NCBI GenBank assembly: GCA_030390025.1
Contig: CM059432.1
Location: 101,806,001-101,870,000 of the forward strand
DNA from: Squalus acanthias
Taxonomy: Eukaryota
Direction of reading: 5' to 3'
Length of the DNA: 64,000 nucleotides
The notes beneath the pieces were generated by a model. It was not told where the DNA came from, did not search any database, and saw only the letters and a list, made by a program, of their open reading frames with translations. Positions within the stretch are counted from its first letter, which is position 1. Every line of letters begins with the position of its first letter. Below are positions 23,981 through 38,400 of the stretch, in pieces. A program made the position numbers and the translations under genes.

Positions 23981-24687
23981 GGGCTAAAAATTGTGGTCGG
24001 TGGCGTACCTCCGGAGTACGCTGCCGAGCTGCAAAAAGAATACGCACCTACCTGATGGCGGCCCTCCTGCGTAAACCTGCGCTCTGACGCTGCAAGTAGG
24101 AGGGCAGCGTAATGGCCCACGGATCCCAGGGACGCAGCCTGTGTGGAACCGTACCTGGGAACACGCAGGCCTGGTCCGCCAATCAGAAAACAGATTGTCT
24201 TTCATTTATTTAAATTGCTACATTACTTCATTACCACAGCCTTTAAAATACATACAGATTTAGCTTTAATTGTGGGAATCCAATTCATTTCTCATAATTC
24301 CCACTTCTAAACAAATACTGTGCACCGTGCAGAAAGTTATGAAATGTAAACGTTATTTTAAAAAAAACCTGCAGCTTTACCATACACTAGGATTGCTTCT
24401 CATTAAAGTTTTTAAGTCATTTAATTTAAAAAAAAAGCATTTTTTTTTCATCTCGGGTATCCCTTTACGCTGTGGAAACAGGCCCTGCGCCTGTTTCCAC
24501 CAGCCGTCAAATTTCCGTACGTAATTGCTGGGCAGTTGGTGAGCAAATAGCTTAACTCTGCCCCAGCAATTAGGTTTTTGGTGGTGGAGCGGATGGCCTG
24601 TCAATGCACACATTGACAGACCGCAAGTTCGGGATTTCGCGCACTTGCTATGGATTTCAAAGACATTACCCACAGCAAATCCGGGCC
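23981..24687. mobile_element. MITE related to family A
   Basis: Termini GGGCTAAAAATTG / GCAAATCCGGGCC. Shares ATGGCCCAC-GATCCCAGGG and GCAAGTTC-GG motifs with family A and the 18402 element. Confidence 0.7.
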
Positions 24688-25510
24688 AATATGTTATATT
24701 GTAAATTTTTTAAAGTACAGGTTGTTTAGTTTTTTTGTTTAAACCAGGGGCAGATTTTGTATCAATAATTATACTAGTTTCATGTGAATCTCCCACTTTG
24801 CATTCTCAGACAAAACTCGCAGCATGTGAAAGGCATTATTCCAAAATCCAATTAGAGTAAATAACTGCCTATTTACACTTGGCCAATTGTCATGATTGTG
24901 CTGTAAATTCACAACAAATGTTAATTTACAGTTTACTGATGAACAATATCCTATACCGCATTTATAAAACAGGAATTCAATGAAGGCATGAACTGGCTCT
25001 CATTTAAATCTAAATGACAACCTGTGCAGCCCCCTCTCTCACCCTTAATTGAAAGCTACCTCTTTAATCCATTTCCAAAAGTTAAGAGCAAAAGATACTG
25101 ATGCCAAAAGTGAAACCAACGGTAAATAAAATAAAATTTATGGTAGATAAAATAAAATGGGTATTGGTAACTCAATCCCCTCATTTTTCTCACCGTTTCC
25201 TAAATAAAAACTGAAGGAAAGCAAATAGGGCTAAATAATGGAATCTTGCTCGCTTAATCTAAAGCAATAAAATTAGAATTTTAGAGAAGTTTAATAAACA
25301 GCATCTGTGCAGCTGATCGGGTTTTAATTTTTGACTTTTCTATCTGCACCAGTGTTGATCTGTTTTGTGAAAGAGCCGCAGTGACAATAGCTGGTCTGAA
25401 AACCAACTCTGTTGAATTGGGATGGTTCGCTGACAGCTGGTTGACAATGGTTATGTTTTCACTTGTATACTCTCCGTTCTGATGTACAGACCGACGTATA
25501 GTATAAACAA

Positions 25511-26343
25511 AGTCTGGAATTTTCCCATCAAAAACGGTTGGGTTTGGAGCATGGGAACAGTTAAATTGTTAAACATGTGAATCCTGAGCTGATCCCGCCT
25601 CCAACCTGCCCGCTTCCGGTTTTCCCAGAGGTGGGCCAAGGGTGGGATGGGGGGTGGGCAGCCAACCCACTGCCAGTGGGTGTCACCTCAATTTAAATAT
25701 TGTAATGAGGCCGGAAGCCTTTATTTTCACCTCCATTTTGTTTTTAACTGCCTGTGGACGGGTTTCACACAATTCGTGAAACCCGGCAGTTAAACAGAGG
25801 CGGGGACTGCTGCATCCAGGAGGTAAGTGGCTTTATACCTACCTCCTGGATCCAGGGTTCCGGCCATACCCACCCCCCAGGATCAGAGACCCCACCCCCC
25901 ACTCCACGAGGCCACTGAACGCATTCTCAGACCTCCCGCCCCCGGCCCCCCCCCCCCAACGACGATGAGGAGGCCACCCACGATCCTCCGGCCCCCCTGC
26001 TGATCCTCCGCCCCTCCCCCACCCCCCGATCCCCCCCCCATCGCGGTCCCCGCTTGCCTGCCGATCCTACAACCCCTCCCCCCCAATCGCTGACCCTCCT
26101 CCCGATCGCCGACCCTCCTCCCGCCGATCCTAACCCCCCCCTCTCCCGGGCCTACCCGCCCGCAGCCAGCCAGCCTCTCAAGCTGGCTGGCTGCGGGTGG
26201 GAATCCGAGGCCTCGCATTCAAATTAGGCCCCGCCGGTAAAATCGGCTGGCCCTGCGGAAAAGCTGGCCTCCCGGGTTTCCTGCCCACCTCGGATCCCCC
26301 CCCCACCAGCCCTCAACCCCCCTCCCTGAACAAATTTCCGGCC
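25511..26343. mobile_element. GC-rich MITE-like element with a C-rich low-complexity interior
   Basis: Degenerate termini AGTCTGGAATTT / AAATTTCCGGCC. Internal palindromes such as CAGCCAGCCAGC...GCTGGCTGGCTG. Confidence 0.55.
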
Positions 26344-26507
26344 AAAGTTGTTTTGCCAACAAAAGGGGAATCTGCAAATATAAAGAGCTTCCTTCAGAAG
26401 TTGATCCTTAACATAAGAACACTATTAGAGTACCAGGAATTGCTAGTGGTTTAACAACTCTTGCACATCCTGGATTATAAAATCTTAAGGAATTGCAATA
26501 AAGTAAT

Positions 26508-27201
26508 GGGCTGGATTTTGCAGTCAGCGGTGAACTTGCCTATCGACTTATGGGCTTTTGTACTGAAAGTTCCTCTCAGCCAACCATCCCAAAGGTGAAC
26601 AGGGCAAGCAACTGTGTATCTCCTTAACCAATCAGATTGAGGAATCGCTGATGAGCCATGCAGAGTCTGAACCAGGAAATGTCAATTAGAATAATTAATT
26701 AAATGTCAAATCAGGTACAGAAAATTAAATAGATAGGAAAATAAAGATTGGATTGAGAGAGATAAAAGAGACAGAAAGAAAAAGTTAAAAAAAGTTTTTT
26801 ATTTTTTAAAATCTCCATCAATAATTAAAATCTGAAGGAATGAGACTCCACACTTGTAAAAGTTAATTTTCAGTGCCAAGAGGTTGTTTGGCAAAAGTTA
26901 AGACCTACCACACCATTAAAAGTGTACTTACAATGGAAAGGACAAGCCCTAACTTTTTCTGGCGAGTTTAGTTTCTATCTTTGAGGTAAGTACACACTGT
27001 TCAATGTATTTCAACGGTGAATCTTCCGGTGAGATACTATTAATCGGCAGCATTTGGAGGAGCAGAGCATCTCGAACAGCAACTTCCTGAGTTCTGTGTT
27101 TAACTGCACACATGCATTTGCTGGAAGTTGCTGTATGATTCCACGTAAATATCAGTGAGCGCTATTAGCCTCGCCGTTACTTCTACCACAAAATCTGGCC
27201 C
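26508..27201. mobile_element. MITE with AAT TSD
   Basis: TIR GGGCTGGATTTTG / CAAAATCTGGCCC. AAT at 26505-26507 and 27202-27204. Confidence 0.75.
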
Positions 27202-28911
27202 AATGAGTTGCCTTATCAAAATAGTTCAAAATTTGCCCTTCATCACACTGAAATCACAATTTAAAAATCTTCCATTTCATCCCATTTAGAAATGTTCTGT
27301 TTTGTGATATTGAAACTCGAATTTATTGCAGCATTTTAAACATAAGGGTAAATTTTGTGGAGCTTCACTTCCAGTACAGAGCCTTGCTTGATGGCAGTGT
27401 GGTTCAGACAACTGAGCTCAGAGGTCCGTAGACCCAATTTACAGCATTTCTGACTGTCCATTAGTTAATTTTAATAATTAGAAAATCAGGAGCCCCATGA
27501 ATTGAGCATGCTGACCTCTATGCTTGATTCACCAATCCATGCTCTCATTGGGTGAGGCTCCATGCCGGGAGTACAGCCTTGCAAAAGCAACCCTATAATT
27601 CCGTTATAAATTGTACAAGGTAATTTTAACTGCTTTGTGGTATCTGATACTGGTATGGTCTTAATCTATACACTTTGATGTGTTGTGTGTGACAGACGTG
27701 ATGACCCATTTAGAAAGCACCAGATTACACAAAGAACAAATTCTTCAATCAAATTTAATAAACTATTCCTTTAAAACATCCCAAGTATTTGATAACAAAA
27801 TAACCACTTCAATTTGTATAGAAAGTATTCCCATCCTTTTAATAAATTCCTATTTGAAACAAGAAAGTTATTCACCCTGAACTGCTGTTCTAGCATTGCT
27901 GCAAGCATAAGCCTTACATTTAATCTTTTCATCTTTCGGGAATTTATATTTTCAAATTTACATACCATCGTAAAAGTTCAAAAGAAGGACTTCTAATTCC
28001 AGTCCTCTCGCTTTCCCTCTGGAATTGTCTAATTTGCAAAATATCTTAAAAGAAAAGGTGTGTAACCTCGCCGCTTTCTTTAGCTCAAATCCATAAACAT
28101 TGAAAAGCTGGAAAATGAGTGTTGTTCTACTTTTTCCCCAGGACAATTCACCCCCTGTTCCTTATCCCGTGAACCATGTTCTTACAAATAACTTCCATTA
28201 AAAATAGGTGCAAGAGATTCATGACCCAGGTACTTGACAGCATTCGGAGTGTTTTGTTATTTGGTAACCAGGGCGTGATGTCAGCAGAGTTCCCCAAAGG
28301 AGTTTATAGTCTACCTCAAATGCCTGTCAGAAGCAAACAAATGCTGCTGACAATTCTGCAGGAAACACTCAAAAAAATCGCAGGAATATGATTCTTTCTC
28401 TGCTCCAAACAGATCTGACCTATTTAACGTATGTATGAAATCTAGGTAAAAAATGTTACGTATTATAACTTCCAGTCACTCACAATATAAGATCAGCAAT
28501 TTTATGTACATTTATTGTTTATATGTATACTTATCCTTTACTTTAAATTTTAAAAAGACAGATGTCTTATAAAAAATGATCAGACATTTACTGTACTGTA
28601 ATAAATGCAATACAAGTTGCTGAATTATAGCCAGTTCATTGAAAGTTTTTTCTTTCTATTAATTTATCATTCTAGTTTTTTTAACTTAATTTTTCTACCT
28701 CCAACATGTTACTTCTCACAAGAGATTAGAATGCCTATAAAGTTTTTTTTAAGTGACTTGTTTTCATAAAAAATACTCTAGCTCTTTAAATCAAGAAAGA
28801 AGAATGTCCTTTTTTTCCCCAAGCAACAGCCATATTCTTTGAAGTTTTTAAAACTCACCTTCGAGCCTTTTGAACCAACTGAGCAGCTGGGACAAGAGCC
28901 TTTTTCTTTTT

Positions 28912-29080
28912 CACAGAATCACAGAATCCCCACAGTGCAGATAGAGGCCATTTTGGCCCATCGAGCCTGCACCGACACATATCCCACCCTATCCCCGTAA
29001 CCCCACGTATTTAATCCCCCTAACACTAAGGGTCAATTTATCATAGCCAAATCAACCTAACCCGCACATCTTTGGACTTT
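28912..29080 (-). mobile_element. 5'-truncated V-SINE, same family as 6254
   Basis: Reverse-complement match to ~6400-6580, with a (ATTCTGTG)n tail. Confidence 0.8.
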
Positions 29081-29261
29081 TGTGGCAGTAAGTTCATGAA
29101 CAAAGTGCGAGGACAGCTCGTCCTTTTATATTTTGGGCTAAGTAGGCCTTTGTTTGTACAACTCTTTCATTTTATATTGGAGGAGGTTCTCACTGCAATG
29201 GCAGTGCTTATTCTTGTCACTGAACATTTTCATTTCATAGGTCTGCTCAAAAAGAGCCTTC

Positions 29262-29934
29262 GGCCTTGATTTTAACCCCCTTCGCCAAGCGAGAATGGTG
29301 CATGGGAGGGATTAAGATTAGCCTGAGTCCATTTACCAGGCTGAGGCCGCTCCATTCCCACCCGGCGACATTTCAGCTTTTCCGACTTGAAAGTCGGCGG
29401 AGGCACCAGCTACAGGCAGGCAGGAGGCTAATTTAATTTGAAACGTCTGGGCCCGATGATGTCATTGATGCCATAACGTAATTTTAATGACAAGCAAGGG
29501 GAGGCCTGCCTGGTGTAAAACCCAACGGCCAAACCACAGCGGGAGGCACTGACTGGCCAGAAGAGGCCAAGAAAACAGTTACAACATTTTTGTTAGAAAT
29601 CTTTGTGAACCAGGAGGAGCAGGAGTGCTTGGGCCTCCCTAACCTTATCTTTGCTTCGCCCTCTGCTGGCTACCTTCAGCTGCCAAAGCTCTAGCCCAGC
29701 ACTGGCATAATGCCGAGAACCGTTCCTTTGGATCCCGATTGAGTCCAAAGGTTCCCAACCCGATTTTCGCTCTCGCCCGCTGACCCTGATGTCAGTCCTG
29801 CCGGTTTTGGGTGGGGGAACTGTCCAACATTATTTAAATGAGGCTCAGAAGTTAAAAGGGCCAGGGCCTCACATTGAGATCCCCGTGGGGTTTCCCTCCT
29901 GCCCGCACCCTCACCCCCAGTACAAATCAAGACC
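29262..29934. mobile_element. MITE-like element
   Basis: Termini GGCCTTGATTTT / CAAATCAAGACC. GC-rich island in AT-rich surroundings. Confidence 0.55.
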
Positions 29935-31999
29935 TTACTCTAATCTATCTAGAAATGCGCCTGTGCACACCATATATCTGCTCTCCTCTGCCAGAGTGCT
30001 CACATTAAAGAATTAGGAAATTCCCAGCTCCTCAATTATTGATTGCCAGTTGTCAGACAGCATTAGGCAGCAAAGCTGCATGAATATCATGCTGGATGAT
30101 CTTAGAAATATAATTGGAGCGTGGTGTGGAAATTGACTTTAAGAACTGCAGAAATGGGTCGCAAAAACAGCAGGATATTAAAATATTTATTGCAAAATGG
30201 AGGAAGAAGGAGAACAGCTGACTAATTAGCTAAAGACCAATGATACTCTTTAAAAATTACTATTACTGTTTAGACCAAAATTACGTGTACAGAGGCAGAG
30301 ATAAACTCATTCTAAGTTGAATGTTGGTGCCCAAATTAGAGTGAGAAGGAATGGAAACAAAATAAAAAAAGTCTTGTGGATGAGTCTGGGAATTTTTAAC
30401 AAAAATCACAAGGTTCTGTATGACCACTCACCAGCTCTTCATTAACCATCTGCTGGGAATGAAGAATGAAACTTGTGATCCCGATAATTATTAATCGCTG
30501 AGCCATCAATTTAGGATGAAATTTTAGCAACTTGTCTCAAAACCTTTTTTCACTCTTTAAATCAGGATTTGATGTTTTGGAGTAAAACACACTTCTACTC
30601 TCAGAGGTAATTGCGTTATGCTTTATATATTCTTTTTCTTCATTTTGAATTGTGGGGTCGAGACCTTTTCCTTTCTTCACTGTTCAGTGCTACAGATTAT
30701 ATGACCTGAAATTAGATTAATTTGGTGCAGAAATTTCCATTTACAAAATCATTTACAATAGTGAGCTGAAGGCTTTTCTTTTCACCATTAAGAGCAGTTC
30801 ATCCACTTTAAAACTGAGAATTTCATAACTGAATGTATTCTCCTCATATCGAAAAGAAACTCGAGGAACTTGCAATATAAAAGTGAGCAGATCTTGACCG
30901 AAAGTCTCCAAATGTTTCTCAAGACAGGAAATTAAGTGGCAGATCTGAACACCTTCAATATAGTTTCGATAGCCATGGCATTTCTGTTATTCACGAAGTA
31001 TACACATCCAGTGGAAATCCAGAGAACAGCACCAATTATGTCAGGCACACGATGGGCTGATGTTTTTAAATTCTGCTGTGCCATCCTCCTTGCAAAGGCT
31101 ACCGAATAGACTGGTATTTAGAAATGAGACACAATTGAATGTAGATATTCATGTCAGGTGGCCAAAGTATGAATGGTCTACCAAAGTAAACATTACAAAA
31201 TTTCTATCCATCAAAATTCTTACCACATGTTGGCAACCACAAAGATATTTTCTCTTTGTTCTTTCTAATTCCACTATTCTTCCACTCTTCCAGCATTGTG
31301 GCATTTAAATGTTAACTCTCTCCGTCCCCAATTTCAACCCTGCCTCCCAGTGCTGATTTTAAATCTCCTTTCCCTGCTGGACTGGCACCAAGTATAAACA
31401 ACTGATAGAAATTGCTGATAGGAATGCACTGACATGGTACTGCTATTGCATCTGCCATTTTTAGGAAAATTGCTTCACCTTGAGAGAAACCAGTCTGGAG
31501 GGAAACCTGAAAAAATATTACCCACGTATTAGATAACAACCTATTTTTACCCTCAATCAGGGACACACGTTCCTGCTCTTCTACACGAGTATGTACCATA
31601 TACAGCACAATCAACATCACTGATCTGAAGAAAGCAGATTTGAAATACTCGACCACTGGGTATGCAACTAGTACCTTGCATTTACTTCTATGCATGTCAC
31701 ATAATCAACAATTTACAGTTGCTAACATCACAACAACCAATGAACAAAATCACCAGATCCTTTTTTCATTCTAGTACTCTTGTTGTGACTTTAGTCACAG
31801 ACAGCAACTTCTCCCTCATTATTATTAAAGGCAAGGGACTTTATTACAGAATATGCACAATAATAGCATGTTTGTTCAGAGGGAGCTTTTGTGTCTCAAC
31901 TCCTTCCTTTCTTAAAAAAAAAGAGACAAGCCAGACAAATCCAGAATTGTCTAAATTTTGTACAAATGTCTATTGGAAAGGAAATCTGAAATGGTCCAA

Positions 32000-33530
32000 T
32001 TGGAGGCAGCACCTCCAAATGGAAATAGTAATGTGTCCTGTTCCTTTAAGAACTCTTTCCATTCTGATCTGCAGCTCAGTCAGGCAGTTATGCAGCACTG
32101 CTTAGATGTGGGTTGTGAATTTCGCCATTGGCACTCCCAAACTATGCAGACCACTTGATGCACACTCCACTGATGACATAAACTGCTGAGTGGCCAAACT
32201 GTGTTTGCAGGCAGGCCCTGTGAAGGCTGAATTCATGGGCACAGCAGGCGCAGGAGACCTCGAGCTGTTCCTCTGGGCTGCAGGTTGCAACTCTTCCAGT
32301 TCCAGCTGCATTGTTGCTCCTCGCTCGTGCTCTGTGTTGCATCAAGATCTCCTGCTACTCAGTCAATGACGCTGTCAAACCCAGAGTGGATGTATCTGTA
32401 ATGCTGCTATCTGCTGTAGAACTGGGTGCTGCAAGCGGTGTAAGATGGTTGGTTGACATAACCTATTGGGCTCTGCACTTCTTCCTTGGGTAAGAGAATT
32501 GGACTATGTAGATAGCTCTTTCAGAGAGCTGGCACAGGCGTGATGGGTCAAATGACCTTCTTCTGTAATTTATATTGGACACTTGGAAGAGCAGAAGACG
32601 CATTTTAGAATGCTGGCAGCTAAACACCACTTGAAACAGAGCTGACATAGCAATACACGCCAATGTTTTATGTTGCAGTGCATATGTGAGTATAAAAAGT
32701 GAATGACTAACTGGGTAAGGAGATAAAGAATGAATGGAATCAAAACATTGAAACATAATTGCCATTAGCTTGGAGCCTCCAATGCTATTTCCCCCCATTG
32801 CCTCCGTGCCCAAAATGTCTAAGGCCCTCTCCTCATGAGGAGTCAAGAGTCACAGGTAGATGGCACTTGCACTCCAGTTCTCATGCACTACTGCCTGCCA
32901 GGTGCAACCATCTCCTGCAAGCTGACAGAAAAGGGTCCTACGTTGAACAGATTAATATAAAAGATATTGTGTGCCATTCAAGTGCAAGGCTAGCAGCCCC
33001 CTAATGTGAATGTGTGAACTTACAGGATGCAAATCATTTATGTTGGCAGCATGCTTGGCAACAATATACAGTGCACTCATAAAACACAGGCATGGCTACA
33101 CATATTGAAAGTATGTCAACATCTGCCAGGCTGCTGTGCATGCTCGCTCTGTGATGCAATACTTACCTTTGCAACCTTCCTGAGACCATCTCACATCATG
33201 TGTTGTGCATCTGGTAATGAGCTAACTTAGCATTATAATGCAAGGAAAGATCTCTGCATTAGGACCTCATTATTGTCCTGTACTTTTCTAGTTTGGCAAA
33301 ATAGCTCAGCATTCTGTTCACTTGTTGATTGCTGCTCTGCAATGATAGGGCAAGGTCATTGTTGAATCCACTATTACTGCCAGATCTTTTTCAGCCTCTC
33401 CTCTAATTCGTTCAACAGCATTATTAATTCCAATGTGATGAGATTTTCATCATTTCATTCTGGTCCTGGACTTCTGTAGGTATGCTGGATCACACCACTT
33501 ACATGGACCTTATTCCAAAGTTAAGCCCGT
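32000..33530 (-). pseudogene. Highly decayed Harbinger Myb-like gene remnant
   Basis: Minus strand gives LELIMLLNELEERL, DGLRKVAK|gtaagt (equivalent to the exon 1 end) and TPHEERALDILGTEAMGG (equivalent to exon 2). Boundaries are approximate. Confidence 0.55.
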
Positions 33531-34129
33531 ACTTCAGAAAAAAAAGTCAGAAACTAAAGCAACGATCACAGTAACTTCCCAGCTAAGATCTAACTTTCTA
33601 TATTCGGTTTGGAGATTCCAAACTTTCTCTGAATTCTGTTGTTGTTTCTATTGAAGGTCCCCCCTGGCCATTGAAGTAATTTATTTGTGTCCTTTAAAGT
33701 TTGGCAATACTGCCTCCCACTGGTTACACTGAATATCACCATCTGGAAGTCTCTCTTGACAGGGATATAAATCTCATGTGTTTTTACATTTTCAATGTTA
33801 GCATCTCGATTATAATGACATCACCCATTTTCACTTCAGTCTACCAGTATTATTGATACATTTTCAAATATTTCTAAACTAGGTTTTATATTAACCACTG
33901 TACAAGCAAAAAACATAAGATACTTATCCGATGGACAGGCATGACCTTGTAGCACAATCACAACTGGATGGCTGTGTGATATTTACGCAACAGAAGTCTG
34001 CTCTCAATAATCTATTCATTCTTGTGCAAGCATTGTACAGATTTTCATTTTATATTATTTTAGTTCACAAAGAAAATTAAATTGTTTAATTATGTCTAGT
34101 TGTGCTCTTTCCTTTATACCAAAAATATG

Positions 34130-34517
34130 AAGGGTTATGGTTCCGGACAAGCAATCAAGATGTCATCGGTTCAAATCTCACCGTGGCAAGTTGTGAAATT
34201 GAATTAAATACAGCTGGTGATTTGTGGGCGAGCACCAGGAAAATGATCATGAAAACTGCTGGATTGCCATAAAAATCCAGTGAGTTCCCTAGTGCCCTGC
34301 AGGGAAGGAAGGCTGGCATCCCTACCCGATCTAGGCCTACATGTTACTTCATGCCCACGTTACACAGTAGACTCTTAATGACCTCTGAAATGGCCGAGCA
34401 AGTTACTCAGTTGTAAAAACAATCACTATCAGGAAGGTGGCTCACCACCACCTTCTCAGTAGAGATGGGCAAAAAATGCAGCCTTGCCAGGGTCGCCCAC
34501 AACCCAAGGGAAAACAT
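34130..34517 (+). mobile_element. SINE made of the 5' region and 3' tail of the 11755/47904 LINE family
   Basis: B box GGTTCAAATC. Body matches the reverse complement of ~13900-14187. The tail AAGGTGGCTCACCACCACCTTCTC...GATGGGCAA...CCTTGCCAG matches 50170-50250. Confidence 0.75.
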
Positions 34518-34869
34518 TTTTACATGGCCTTTTTGAGAGAATATCACTTCAAAATTTTATTTCAATTCAAATTACAGCATGAGAGTTTTAGCAACTGTGC
34601 ATTTGTGTAATCTCACAAGTTAATTAATAGTACCATTTTACAAAACAAAATATTTCCCCCTTAAGTGACTATGAAGATCTTTAGTGTACCTCAAAATTTG
34701 TGCTTGTAAAATAGTCCTCAACGAAATCACAGCGATCAATCAAATAGAATCAGAGTACTTAAATTTATGACATTAAACAAAACTGAATCATGGTGCAACA
34801 CATTAGCACTGTGAGCAAGGACTGGAACATTGCACATTAATCTCATTTAAAGGATGCTTTGATAGGACA

Positions 34870-35170
34870 GTCCATAAAGGTCATGTGTAAGGAGGTCCCA
34901 ATTTCAATTCTTGCTCTGTTCTGAGTTAGCTGATCTCAGCTGGGGTGATGGTAGGGACACTACAGTTTGCTTAGTGGCCTTGGACTAGGAAGGGGAAAAT
35001 CACCAAGGGTTCCCACTTCTGATACTTTGGCCGTGACCCCTGCTGAAAAGTGTACAAATGTGAACATTGGTTAAGGACAAGCTCTGGGTCGACTATGATG
35101 ACTTGCATGAAAGAAGCCTGCTTACTTTCAAAACCCACAGATAAATAATGGACCACTTGGATTGACCAGT
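34870..35170 (+). mobile_element. Old SINE-like repeat (second copy at ~6190-6900, split by the V-SINE)
   Basis: Shares CTGAGTTAGCT(G/A)ATCT(C/A)AGCTGGGG...GG(G)AAA...CAGCCAGG with the flanks of the 6254-6698 insert. Confidence 0.55.
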
Positions 35171-35485
35171 GTCTGTGGGACCAAATCCCAGCAATAGTCG
35201 ACACCTTCGAATAGGAAAGAAAACTGGAAAGAAAAAAAGGGGTGTACTTTATACAAAAAACAATTTATTAATTCCCCTTTAGCTTAAGCTAATTTATGTA
35301 TGCAAGTTAGTGTTATTAATTTAATGTTGTCCCTAAACAACATATTAAGGCCCTTTTTTTTTAAAGTTCTTGATAGAGGCAAATTCTATCTGTTAATTAC
35401 CCAAATGCGTATTAATGTACATTAGATTCAGATTAGCATAACCACCATAATCTTTATTTTCCTAATGTTGCAAAGATAAGTCTTA

Positions 35486-38400
35486 GGGCTAGAAATTCAT
35501 TATAGCCCAGGAATGGGCGGTTTCATTAGAAAAGTTGGAGATTTAGCACCAGGCACTAATGCTTTAGACTGCACACAAAATTCAGTGCTCGCTGCTCAAA
35601 GAAATGATTGGAGCACTAATTCAAGTCTTTAAGCCCAAGCTCATTAGTGTTACACTCAAAGGGTGGACAGATATCAGGTGCAGTCTAATCGCAAGTCATG
35701 AATGCCACAGGCTTTTTTCAGTTCTTAAAGTGGAGGTTCATTAATGTTGCAGAACCTCATTCTCAGCATTGCTGGCTGTGCAGCTGCCTGAGCAAGCAGC
35801 AGCCGGTCAAGGAGAAGGAGTCAGAGGACTGAAGCATCTGTACTCATGGCAGATCCACGCCCCAGGGAGAGAGCCCACAGATTCAGCGATCAAGCATTGG
35901 AGGTGTTGGTGTTCGCTGTGGAGAGATGGAGGGCAGTGCTCTACCCAGCAAGTGGCAGGAGGCCCTCGCTGCAAGTCTTCCGCACCATGTGGAGGGAGGT
36001 AGCGTAGCACGTCTCGGGCAGCACTGTGGTCCCCGGGATCCACACAAAGTGCAGGAAGAAATTTAACGACCTCACTCGGGTGGTCAGGGTGAGTGAATGC
36101 TTCAACAAATGATACATACCACCATCTCAACCACAGTCTTCACACACTGCCCAAAGAACCACACCCCCAGCACTCACCAACCAACAACCTCTACCTACCA
36201 ACACTCACACCCACATCTCACACCTTGCACACAATGGCAACTATTCAACTATGGCAGGCACATTACCCAAACACATTGCTCCACACTCACTCACACACTT
36301 TCCTTTCTCTTGCGGGCCGAGGAGCACACAGGCAGGGGACAAGCCAACACCCAAACAGTGACTGTGCTGGAGAATCGAGTGCTGCAGATTATTGGGCGCC
36401 AGGTGGTGGGCGCCGTGGCCACCGGCGACGTTGACCCCTTAGGGACAACAGTGGTATGTTCATCCTTACTCCTTCTTCTCACATCCCACTTCCCCCTCAC
36501 CCCACAAGCCTTTCACACTTTCCAGCTAATCATGCTGTATGCCTGCATTTCTCCCTTCCTGCCCTCCTCCCCTCACCTTAACCCGACTCTCGTGCCTTTA
36601 TTCTTTCAGATAATCAGCAAGCACCTGAGCAGCCTGTCCCTGATGGCACCATAGAGAGCGAGGCAGGAGAAGAGGAGGAGGACGAACACACAGTGTCACT
36701 GCATCTCTCACCCGCAGACACCAGCTCAGATACTGACACTACACGTTCTTTAGAGACTAGTATAGTAGTGGGATCTGCACAGGGTGAGGCACCAGGGACG
36801 AGTGGGCTGCAGCAAGGCCAGGGGGACAGGGTAGCTCGAGGGCCAGCTCCCCGGAGGGCGAGTTCACGTCCGAGTTCTGCTGCACAGGACTCAGATGAGG
36901 ACCTCGATGGGGGAGGTATTTGGAAGAATGGTGATGGGCATGTCCACGGAGATGATAGGTGCAATGGCAAAGGTGCCAGAGAGCCTCTCGGTAATGGTAA
37001 GGAGCGTGAAGGTGTCCTGCCTGCAACATTGCACAGAGCTCTGCACACACCATGGAGGCCATCTTTTCCTGTCTGCAAAGGATGGTCGACTCCCAGAGAG
37101 ACCGTGGTGACCCAGACCCGATGCCGCGTGTGATGGGCGATCTGCCAGCTTCCATTGCAGCACAGGTGGAAGCGACGCAATGTCTTAGTGCTATAATGCA
37201 GTCTATGCTTGGTGGAATCCAATCTCAGACTGCTCTCATGCAGTCTCAGCTTGATGTCATGCAAACTCTGACTGCTGCCATCGTGGCTGGGTCTACCACC
37301 ATTGACCAGGGGCTTTCACGGTGTCGCAGCAGGCCAACAATCTGTGCTCCAACAGATTGCTAGTGATGCTGAGATGCTGCCACATCTCAGGATGACAGCA
37401 CTCCTGCTCCCACCACTGCCACTCCACCATTGCCCTTGTCACTGCCTGTCATCCAGCCAACCCAGACTGCTACCGCACCTGCTGAGGTGGTGCAGTCTCC
37501 AGCTGGTCGAGGGCATCCTGCAAGGCCATCTAAAGTCTCTGGCACGAACACTGAGCAGCCTTCCACCAGCCCTGCTGCAGCCACTGGGCCAACACTTCAT
37601 AGAAGCACTAGTGTAGGCAAAGGCACCCTAACGACAGGCACTAAGGGATTGCACAAGGGTGAATAGTTAATATTTTTGTTGTAAATATGTGTTCACTGTT
37701 TTTTGATAAATTTATTAATTCAGTTTGGATTCTTTTGTGGTGTGTCTCATTCCAGTTTTGCGCTGTGATATGGCCTGTGACAGGGATGGAATGATGGGAT
37801 GTGGTGAGCAATGGGGATCTGGGGTTTAATTCATTGGACCCACAGTCTGATGAGGTGGTCACAGATTGCCCTCCCGGAAGGCTGATTGAGTGGTTGCCTC
37901 CTCCCTCGCTCCTCGTCTTCCTCTTCCTCCTCCTGAGGTGGTCCCGCAATCCCTGTGACAAGGGCTGGGCCCTCAGACAGCCAAGTTGTGGAGCCCCTAT
38001 TAAAGTAACCAAGTGTAGCAGTTTGATTTTTTTAAAGAATAAATGTATCTACTTTTTAGTTGCCACAACACTCCTGATACTAAATAATGCTATAATTACG
38101 GAATGAGATTGTTGCACGATGTGAAATGGACAAGAAAGCACTGAAACTCCACTAACCTACAACTGGGACTCATTACTGTTGATCCCTTTAAATAATGTCC
38201 CTGGAGACGGCTTCCTGGTGCTTCACGCCAGCTCTCCCTGTCACTGTTTCCTTCAGACGCTAAGGTAGCTGGCGACAATCAATTTTGCAGATCAGGCAGT
38301 CAATGAGCATTGCACGCTCACTGATGTCATGATCCATGTGGCCTTGAAGCTTCCAGCGATAACTGTTAGTGGCGGTGCTGTGGGGGGGAGGGGGATTTGG

